Part shown: piece after piece, positions 56,229 to 64,000 of the stretch
Layout: each line of letters starts with the position of its first letter
Numbering within the stretch: position 1 is the first letter of the stretch
IMG/VR virus record: IMGVR_UViG_3300021077_000115
Coordinates: 174,064-238,063 of that record
Source: a virus
DNA length: 64,000 bases
Direction: 5' to 3' (one strand)
The notes under the pieces: generated by a model
Databases searched by the model: none
What the model was told of the DNA's origin: nothing
What the model saw: only the letters and a program-made list of their open reading frames with translations
Made by a program: the position numbers and the translations under genes

Positions 56229-56730
56229 CTAACTCTTTCCTTAAGATTTTTTTCTTCAATTGGAATTCCTGAAACCCAAGCTTCCTCGATTTCGAAATCT
56301 TTAGGATATGAAATATTGGTTGGCTTAATTAATCTTGTATTTGTTTCAAGATATCCATTTACTATATATCGAAGAGTATTGATTCCTAACAATAAAGGAC
56401 TGATATTATTCTTCCAAATACCACCCTCAAAATAACAACTGCGAAGTTTACCGTCATTACCAAGAAATGTAATGATGTCTTTTTCTTTTGCAGAATATAG
56501 AATAAACCAATAACTATTCTTTCCGATCAGGGCTGGCCTTGCCTTGCGGAAGATGTCCTTGGTCTTTGTGGCTGGGACAAGCGCCGGATAAACCTGTACT
56601 GCTCGGTTCTTAAAGATACGCAACCGATTACCTTCCGAATCGAGCCAAAAGTGCCAGTCACCCTTTGGCTCAAGCATTAGCATGTCAGCCAGGATATCAA
56701 ATGGGCAGTTGATTGCCGCCCGCGCCGAAG

Positions 56731-57462
56731 CTATTGCCCTATCCTTTTGCATAACTGTGGTTTATCAGAAACTATTGGATATGGCTTTGTAATCATCTTA
56801 TGGCGAGTTAGTTTTTCCCTCTGCCATACTAAGGCAATAATAGCCTTCTGATTTGAGATGAAATACGGCCACCTTGGATGTTTATTTGGAGCCTCGGTGC
56901 TCGTAACGATTCCGTACAACGCTTCTGCCTCATTAGCGAATTCAATATCAGCTATTGGAGGCTGCTTATTGTATGTACTGAATCTGCAATCGCCCCAAGA
57001 GAACTCACCTATGTTTGGCCAAAGGTTTCCGACTACATTATGTATATCAGAGTATTCAAGATCAAACAACGGAAAGATATCTGCATTGCCATCTGATCTC
57101 TTTCCATAACTTCGATGGTAAAGGCCAAACGTTCTATCTACTGAACCCACTACTAGACCATTGTCCCCGGCAATTTCGGCGCAAGTCAAATAGAAATTTT
57201 CATCTGATAAAAACGGACGATCATAGTATGTTATCTTTCCGTTGAATACGTTTTGTGTTCCAATCCTTTCTCCTCTACATAAAGCATGAGTAGATAACCA
57301 TCCCCCATACATCTCAGTAGCTTTTGAACAAATACTAAGTAGAAGGGCATCGGAGCGGCAACCTCGAAAACCTACAACAAATACACTTCGTCCAGCAGCC
57401 TTGGCGTACTCCGCTAGCCACGTTGCTAAATGTTTAATAAGTAGATCTTGATTGATAATCAT
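56731..57462 (-). CDS. NAD+ synthetase (NadE)-like protein with divergent PP-loop
   Basis: LVVGSVDRTFGLYHRSYGKRSDGNADIFPLFDLEYSDIHNVVGNL aligns with NadE [44 protein letters not shown]; the SGGxDS position reads RGCRSDA. Confidence 0.5.
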   Translation of the reverse strand: MIINQDLLIKHLATWLAEYAKAAGRSVFVVGFRGCRSDALLLSICSKATEMYGGWLSTHALCRGERIGTQNVFNGKITYYDRPFLSDENFYLTCAEIAGDNGLVVGSVDRTFGLYHRSYGKRSDGNADIFPLFDLEYSDIHNVVGNLWPNIGEFSWGDCRFSTYNKQPPIADIEFANEAEALYGIVTSTEAPNKHPRWPYFISNQKAIIALVWQREKLTRHKMITKPYPIVSDKPQLCKRIGQ

Positions 57463-57980
57463 TTCTTCTTTGAATCTTTTACTACCCTATCAACCAAACC
57501 CTGAATATCTAGGTTTGGCATTGTTGGGGTATCATCAACTGATTTAAATCTATCCAATGCGTAATCTGCAATTTTGCCAGCCCTATGAATAACATCATCA
57601 GCAGAGTAATTTGAACATTTCATCATAGCTGTAGTTATACGAGTATATACATGATACCAAACTTGATACTCTGAATATTTCATGATGGTATTACTTCCTT
57701 CTTCTTTCGTGATTTCTTAACTCTAACAGGTGATGTTGGGCTATGATAATTGGAAATTATCTGCTTGATCTCAAGTGTCTCTTCGGGAGTGCAAGCATTG
57801 CCAAGAGAATTCATAACTTCCAGACCATAATTGTTTGTCTGTTGGTTTTTGTGAATTATTACCCATGCTCTTGGAAGGCTATCCATAATTGCCTTCCTGT
57901 AGCTTATCATAAGATTGAGATCTGTACTTATCTCAAACAAGTCTTTTCGCTGTTCAATAGGCGTTGTCATATTATTCTTT

Positions 57981-58550
57981 CTATAGCAAACCAAGCAACA
58001 TCATTGCTAGCACACATCCATGTCCGAATTTGATATTCTCGTTCTCAATAAGTTTAAAAATATCATATCCAATCACATTGATATTGTGAGCATCAAAGTC
58101 TTGAAGTACCAATATATCAGATGAGTCAAATGCGTCCTGAAGCTTGGAAAATGCTATTGTATTTCTTACAGCTTCAGAATATATAGGAAGATATATCTTC
58201 TTCCTTGCCTCAATATATCCAAATTTTTGGCCATCCCACAAAGAATACAGTGGCCTAGCTCCTCGACCTTTGGGATAACGATCGGCCATGCGCTTATCCC
58301 AACCCTTCTGAGCCCAATCGAAATAGGATTGGTTGGGTTCGTTGTTCTCGTCCGTATACTCAACATACACCTTAGAATACTGCCAAGCATTCTCTACGTT
58401 CTGCGATGTATAATCTCCATATAGCTTGACTGGTCCAAGGAAGAATGGAGATAGTCCTCTGCCCCAATCTCCAGAGCGTGATGTTGTATTGACAACAGTT
58501 GCCCCCTCTGGGGCCGCATATGAATGCATGGCTACAATTAGTTGTTTCAT
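57981..58550 (-). CDS. NADAR (YbiA-like, DUF1768) domain protein
   Basis: LSPFFLGPVKLYGDYTSQNVENAWQYSKV matches the NADAR core (FS..YP.P....G..Y.S.EH..QA.K). Confidence 0.45.
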   Translation of the reverse strand: MKQLIVAMHSYAAPEGATVVNTTSRSGDWGRGLSPFFLGPVKLYGDYTSQNVENAWQYSKVYVEYTDENNEPNQSYFDWAQKGWDKRMADRYPKGRGARPLYSLWDGQKFGYIEARKKIYLPIYSEAVRNTIAFSKLQDAFDSSDILVLQDFDAHNINVIGYDIFKLIENENIKFGHGCVLAMMLLGLL

Positions 58551-59139
58551 TTGTATACTAAAGAAATTCCACTAGCCGGGTCTTCTGCCAAGATAGTAAG
58601 TCGTTGCTTGAAATCGAATTCTAAGTCTTTTTGCAGACTAACATACTCTTGTTTTCTTTCTGTTGACTTACTAATAAGTCTAGAAAGAGATCCTTTAGGA
58701 TCAAGATACGCCCCATACAGATATTGCATCCTGATTTTAGAAGTGGCCTCTCGAACTTCTTTAGCAGCAAGTTCTTTGAACTTTTCTACATTACTTTCTA
58801 TTCTGGTGCTCTTGAGAATTCCACAGTCAATATCAAAGAACATATCCTCTTCATACATTGAGCCATACCCGGCGTGAACATAATGAAGTTCATGACCTTT
58901 CCAAACATGAAGTTCTTGAGAAACCCAATCGGCAAAAAATGGGCCTTTCCCCTTCATAACTCCGCCAACCACTCGATTGAGATATAGCTTATTATCTACA
59001 ATCTCCCACTCCCCAACGTACCCTCGATAGTTGGCTGTGTGAAATGGATGACTTGGATTAGCCTTACCATTTAGGCTTGGATTAGAGATCATATCCAGCT
59101 TCTCATCTTCATAGATAAGAATTTCAGGTTCTTGCGCAG

Positions 59140-59436
59140 TCATACTGTATCATCTTCTTCTGGTCCAATGAAAATTCTAGCCCTATCTATTGCGCCAGAT
59201 AGATCTTCCAATTCTCTCAAGATCCAATCGCGATTAGTTTCGCGTTGTTCAGGTGGAATATCGGGGTTGGTACTTTCCAATCCCCAGCGTTGAGTTTTAC
59301 CAACTGCTGCAAGAACTTCACCACACTCTTCTACGAGATATCCAAGTGCCTGTTTGGTTGTTTTTGGTTCGTATTGTGGTTTCATGTTACCATCATTCTT
59401 TAATACTAAGAGATTTGTATAGAGAATCTTTGTCAA
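59140..59436 (-). CDS. MazG-like nucleotide pyrophosphohydrolase (low confidence)
   Basis: LVEECGEVLAAV...RELEDL resembles the EExGE MazG motif. Confidence 0.35.
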   Translation of the reverse strand: MTKILYTNLLVLKNDGNMKPQYEPKTTKQALGYLVEECGEVLAAVGKTQRWGLESTNPDIPPEQRETNRDWILRELEDLSGAIDRARIFIGPEEDDTV

Positions 59437-59720
59437 CTGGTGATGGTTCTGGTCTGCGGAATATCATTGGATTCGGTGGCAACGAAAGATATTCTGTATA
59501 CAGATGTCCCCATTCAGGAACCTTAGGATGGCATTGATCATTCATTTCCTTGACTAAATCCAAAGCCGCTACAGCTGTTATCTTAATATTCTCGGGATCA
59601 TTAGATTCAATAATGATATGTAGAGCCTCTATCAAGTTAGCAATCAAAACACCACGACCATCATAGTATCTAGCCAGAGCATTCAACCTATCATAAGATA
59701 CCATTTCTTCTCTATACTTT

Positions 59721-60554
59721 TCAATGGTCATAATAACCATCACTTTCGAGAGCTATCTTCAAATTGCTATATAATACATCAGGATCGTTATCAGAAAGTC
59801 CCGACATTTGACCATCATTCAATTCGATAAGAATCCATTCACCAGCGGCTGTCTTTGCCACATCAATCACATAGTAATCTGGCGGCTCGCTCAGCTCTGT
59901 GTTTTGAACTTTATCGATAATAGCATTTAGGAAAGAGCGTGGTACCTCGTCCGGATTTACGTTGACACCTTCGGCTTTGATATCTTCAGAATGAGATGCC
60001 CAGTAGAAGCCGCCGCTGAGTATCTTATGTTTATAAATAAAGAAGCGATACTCTCTGGTAATTGGGAGTCCTTGAAGTCCTTCTGAAAGTGTCTCTAATG
60101 GCACATATTGTCGAATATATATCTTTTGGTATTGCAGCATCGAATCAGCTGTGAGGCGTCCATGAACTTCGATAGCCTCCCTCTTGTCCTTCGCGAACAT
60201 ATGGGTATTCCATAAGAATTTCTTCGAGTTTGTCTCGCCCTTCAGAACGAATGTCCCTTGCTCTGGAATGGTATGAAGCTCATTCCAAGTTCGCGGCGTG
60301 AATTCTGCAAGGTCCATATACCAATTACCCAAGTCAGCAATGTATAGATGCTGCTCGTAGGTATTGATCATCTTACATCCCACATACCCAAGATCTTTTT
60401 CTTGTTCCTTGTAGAATGGCAGAGCGGAGAATCTAGCAATCACCAAATTGTCTTTAAGTAGCATTCGGCTATCTATACAAGTGAAGTGCTTCTTTGCTAC
60501 TTCTGCTTCTTGACGCCAATCTACATCATTGCGAAAGAGAATAACAGGCTTCAT
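59721..60554 (-). CDS. ATP-grasp domain protein
   Basis: C-terminal EWILIELNDGQMSG (ATP-grasp E-x-N motif) and upstream K-rich ATP-binding region. Confidence 0.45.
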   Translation of the reverse strand: MKPVILFRNDVDWRQEAEVAKKHFTCIDSRMLLKDNLVIARFSALPFYKEQEKDLGYVGCKMINTYEQHLYIADLGNWYMDLAEFTPRTWNELHTIPEQGTFVLKGETNSKKFLWNTHMFAKDKREAIEVHGRLTADSMLQYQKIYIRQYVPLETLSEGLQGLPITREYRFFIYKHKILSGGFYWASHSEDIKAEGVNVNPDEVPRSFLNAIIDKVQNTELSEPPDYYVIDVAKTAAGEWILIELNDGQMSGLSDNDPDVLYSNLKIALESDGYYDH

Positions 60555-60808
60555 TTATTGCACCAAAAGCTATAAGATCCTCAGCAGCCATTATATCCTC
60601 AATGGCTCGTCTTTGAACTAATTGAAAAACATCATCCTCTGCATGGTTCATCATTTCTATAAATAGAAGATGCCTTCCCAATATTGCTCTTCTAACATCG
60701 GCTTTAGAGACTTTTCGGACAAGTTCTCCAAACTCATTCTCGCGCCAACCACGAGGCAACATGGACTTGATGATCTTGCGCTTTTCACGATGTTTCTTTC
60801 CCATTTTG

Positions 60809-60882
60809 TCGGAGTGGTCAGATTTGAACTGACAACCTTTCGGACCCAAACCGAACGCGCTACCAAGTTACGCTACACTCCG
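60809..60882 (-). tRNA. tRNA-Pro (TGG), minus strand
   Basis: RC reads CGGAGTG TA GCGT AACTTGGTA GCGC G TTCGG TTTGGGT CCGAA AGGTT GTCAG TTCAAAT CTGAC CACTCCG A; perfect stems. Confidence 0.7.
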
Positions 60883-61442
60883 ATTTTTAAGCTAAGCTAT
60901 TCTAGTATATATCAGTAATCAATCGTCGTAATCACTATTGCTATAACTCATATCAAGCATTTCAGCCAACTCTTCTAGAACCGCCTTTACCTCAGCCCTT
61001 CTTTTTGCTTCTGGCATATTGGCTTCCATCTTCTTTATGATCTTGGAAACTTCATTTGCTTCCTCGATTGATTCTAGTGTTTGCGTCCTGACCTTGACTG
61101 ATACAACTTCTCCGAGCATTGTTGCTCTAATATATCTAAAAGCCAGATCTTCTTTATCATTGTAAGATCCAACCACTACAGCACCATCTAGTTGACTCAT
61201 GCCACCTGCGACTTCAGTCACTTCAGCTGCTATATATGTCTTCTTGGATGTCTCTATAATCTTCATGATATACCCTTCTTATACTTTCCAGAAAAGTATA
61301 AATACTTTTCTTTTATTTTCAATACCAACTTCAATTTCATTAAATTCAGCTAGTTCATAAGATCCTTGATCGCTATGAACAACAGGTAAATCTCCGTGAA
61401 TCAAAATAAGCTCTTCAAGTTTAGTGCTAAGTTCTTTTGCAT

Positions 61443-62222
61443 TCATATTGAAATCTTTGCCTGTAGTATTTGGGCTTTACCATCTAGAACATCACGAATC
61501 CAAGCTTTAGTATCTCCAGGATCTCTTACCGGTACATTATTGAGACCCATCTCAACTGCGGCATAATCGCTGCCGCCTTTGAAAATCGAATCTCCCACAT
61601 ATACTACATCATCTTTGCTTACATGAAGTCTCTTCATCAGCTCATCAATACCATACTTCTTATTGATACCCTTCATAGATACATCAATTGAATTCATACC
61701 GGCAATGCGGACATCATAGCTTTGAAGCTTTTTACGCAACGACTCCACCAAGACTCGACGCTTATTGCCATCGACATCCCACTTCTCTTTGACTTCAAAC
61801 GGAACTTTTTGTCCGAGTGCCGCAAAGGTTATTTTAGAATCACAGTTTTCGAATTGCTTACCCCAGAGCTTTTGAGGTGTCTCAAAAGAAGACTCTGCAA
61901 TTGCCTCTTCAAAGGCATTATTGATTCGATCAATATCTCGTGTAGCCAGCTTGTGTTGATACGCTGCCACCCAGCCATACCTTGGCCAGGACTGATATAG
62001 GCTTCCACCAGATGCTGGCAGCAAATACAGGTTATTGAGTAATCCCTGATCAAGACTTAGGAGTCCATTGATCTGTTTGCAAACTTGCTTCCATGGAGCC
62101 CCAGAGATTATAGCTACATTATAAGATGGTAAAATCTTACTAATCAACGTTACCATTTCATCGTCTAAGGGGTCTTTGGATACAGTAAGAGTACCGCCAA
62201 GATCTAAAACAATTGTCTTCAT
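61443..62222 (-). CDS. HAD-superfamily hydrolase (Cof-like)
   Basis: Motif I-like LDLGGTLT, motif IV VYVGDSIFKGGSDY. Confidence 0.5.
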   Translation of the reverse strand: MKTIVLDLGGTLTVSKDPLDDEMVTLISKILPSYNVAIISGAPWKQVCKQINGLLSLDQGLLNNLYLLPASGGSLYQSWPRYGWVAAYQHKLATRDIDRINNAFEEAIAESSFETPQKLWGKQFENCDSKITFAALGQKVPFEVKEKWDVDGNKRRVLVESLRKKLQSYDVRIAGMNSIDVSMKGINKKYGIDELMKRLHVSKDDVVYVGDSIFKGGSDYAAVEMGLNNVPVRDPGDTKAWIRDVLDGKAQILQAKISI

Positions 62223-62943
62223 ACTATTCTCTGCTACAGAAGTTATAAACTACTCGCCGCTCTCGACTTTTAATAATTCAATCCATCCATATCTAATTGC
62301 CTTCTTAGCCAAGGACCAATCTAACGTCTGGATTATCGCATTTAGTTTCTGCTCTAAATAGAAATTGTTGTCTCCAACATTAGTGTATACAATATCATTT
62401 GTTCCAATTATTACACTTGGATGTTCAGAACAAAATCCACTTATAATCTTGTAACTTCTATTCCTAATTTGTGACATATAATAATGCCTAATTAGACCAA
62501 TGCCGTATCACTATCTCTCCAAATTCGAATGCTTTCTTTTATTTCACGAGGCAACGAATCAAGCCGGACATACTGTGATATAACCGGCTTGGAATTATCA
62601 CTCTTCAATACAAAAATGGTATCTGGAAGATTTGAATCTTCCACAATTAATACCGTATTGAGTGTTGGAATGTTGGTAGCCGCAGCCATTACTTAACCCG
62701 CTTCTTTACCCGCACCTTTCTCCTGGCAGCCTTGCGCTTGTTGCGAGCCTTTCTCTTTTCTTCCAGTTCTTTTCCCAAAGACTGAGAAGCTTCCCTAATT
62801 AGTTGTTCTTTTAAATATTCCATATTATTTACTCCACTCTTTATATAACCATTCCTTAATGCACGGACTAAGATTTTCGTAAAACGAATCATCTGGTAAT
62901 TTACCAAAGAGATTTACTAAATATAGAAGAAATCTATATTCCA

Positions 62944-63636
62944 TTAAATATCATCCATATCTGGAGAATCATCTCCAACAACAACTTCTTTATGTGGAAC
63001 TCTTCCTATCAAAGATACATGTTCAGTATGTGAATTAATTAGCCAATTATATAGTTCGACAGTGTTTTGGACATCTACCTCTGCGCTGTGAGCCCCAAGC
63101 TTTGGTACTAACCCAATCCCGAGCATGAAGTTGTTCAGACCGAACTTGGGCTTGAGGGCACCGTACTTGTCCCGCTTGATCTCGACGCCGGCATCAACTT
63201 GAGCCTGGGCAATCTTCTCGCCGTTGCGGTGCTTGGCCACGTGCCTCTTAGCGAAGCTCTGAGTGCAAAGCCAAAGATCGGCTAGGAACTCCTTGCCAGC
63301 CTTATCCCAGGCCCGGTGGATGAATTTTCGGTCAAAGGGAGCGTTATGTGCTATGATGCAGCGGCTAGCTTGGGTTTGGCCGTCCTCCTTGAGGAACATG
63401 TCAATGGACTCAATCGCCTCCTCAATCGGAATCCCTTTCTTCAGGTCATCTGGCGTAATCCCTTGAACTTCAAGGGCTTGCGCGCTATAAACGTGAGGTC
63501 GTTTCACCCTAATTTGAAGACTCAATTGTTCTCTATCGATAACTCTAAGTACTGAGATTTGGTTAATCTCATGCACGTCGCAACTAAGTCCGCTAGTTTC
63601 CGTATCTATGATATAATAATGTATTCCGTTTGACAT
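62944..63636 (-). CDS. DEDD-family 3'-5' exonuclease (DnaQ/RNase T/oligoribonuclease-like)
   Basis: Exo I YIIDTETSGL, Exo II IIAHNAPFD, Exo III HSAEVDV. Confidence 0.65.
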   Translation of the reverse strand: MSNGIHYYIIDTETSGLSCDVHEINQISVLRVIDREQLSLQIRVKRPHVYSAQALEVQGITPDDLKKGIPIEEAIESIDMFLKEDGQTQASRCIIAHNAPFDRKFIHRAWDKAGKEFLADLWLCTQSFAKRHVAKHRNGEKIAQAQVDAGVEIKRDKYGALKPKFGLNNFMLGIGLVPKLGAHSAEVDVQNTVELYNWLINSHTEHVSLIGRVPHKEVVVGDDSPDMDDI

Positions 63637-63756
63637 GTATCTTCATGTCAAGATGTCACCAGCTCTCGACGTTTGCTTTTAAATTTTGGATATCTTGCTG
63701 GAAATTTAATTGTTCCATGATAAGGAATCCAAGATGACTCGATATAGAGATATGCG

Positions 63757-64000
63757 TACATTGCAGTTGATTATCTTGCCTTTATAACTATCTTGGATTC
63801 ATATTCTTTAATCATAAGGCAAATCTTAGTCCCAATTAATTTTGATGCATACACCAAGGCATCATCTGGGCTGCTTTTGTTTGGATTATCTCCAATGAAC
63901 GCATCAACTCCAGCGTCATATTCAATTGGAAGTATAACAGAGTCATGCACATAAAAACCATCTTTTTTAAGATCTATATTTGCCTCTATAACATTACCAG
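63757..64000 (-). CDS. hypothetical protein, C-terminal part (start beyond window end)
   Basis: Open minus-strand frame ...GFYVHDSVILPIEYDAGVDAFIGDNPNKSS...KIVIKAR* running off the window. Confidence 0.3.

Noticed and set aside
1-64000. Eukaryotic giant-virus or organellar origin, suggested by MVP and the PTH2-type hydrolase
   Set aside because: Shine-Dalgarno motifs are pervasive at the right spacing, genes are overlapping and coupled, and tRNAs are bacterial-type (G-1 on His, type II Tyr), so translation is bacterial. I could not exclude a small cellular genome without flanking sequence.

Overview
Low-GC (about 35-40%) prokaryotic/phage-type DNA with several GC-rich (about 50-55%) islands. 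Most genes have Shine-Dalgarno-like sequences and tightly packed, often overlapping (ATGA) starts, which argues against a eukaryotic virus. I read this as a segment of a very large bacteriophage or phage-like mobile element.

The dominant feature is a dispersed array of about 55 tRNA or tRNA-like genes (roughly 11.6-23.5 kb, 36.3 kb, 43.3-45.1 kb, 48.2-48.7 kb, 51.3-52.9 kb, plus 1.2 kb and 60.8 kb on the minus strand). At least seven HNH homing-endonuclease genes or remnants are interleaved, and several abut or overlap tRNA 5' ends. Many of the tRNAs are non-canonical:
- C33 or U37 in the anticodon loop.
- Anticodon loops of 5, 6 or 9 nt.
- An 8-nt T-loop.
- GNRA-hairpin insertions in the variable region.
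- Armless minihelix forms.
- Two adjacent loci where a T-arm plus acceptor-3' strand lies upstream of the matching acceptor-5', D-arm and anticodon-arm strand, with co-varying acceptor pairing and leader/trailer complementarity. I read these as candidate circularly permuted tRNA genes.

A type-II tRNA with anticodon CUA (an amber suppressor) lies 18 nt downstream of a PTH2-like peptidyl-tRNA hydrolase gene that carries two in-frame TAG codons. Two further gene pairs are in-frame fusions across a single TAG. Together these suggest partial or complete TAG recoding.

Other content: an ABC transporter operon with an AAA+ ATPase inside a GC-rich island; a full-length major vault protein (MVP) homolog and an outer-membrane-type protein, each interrupted by an apparent +1 frameshift at a TGA-T site; a NAD/ADP-ribose-related cluster (Macro, NADAR, NadE-like, NadK, MazG-like) plus IF-1; RNA-end-processing genes (LigT-like 2H phosphoesterase, HD domain resembling the CCA-enzyme C-terminus, DEDD exonuclease, PTH2); a GT51 peptidoglycan glycosyltransferase, an FGE-sulfatase family protein, a Dps-like protein, two vWA proteins, and a degenerate tandem-repeat array upstream of tRNA-Ser genes.

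I worked without tools, so coordinates of RNA features are approximate to about +/-2 nt.
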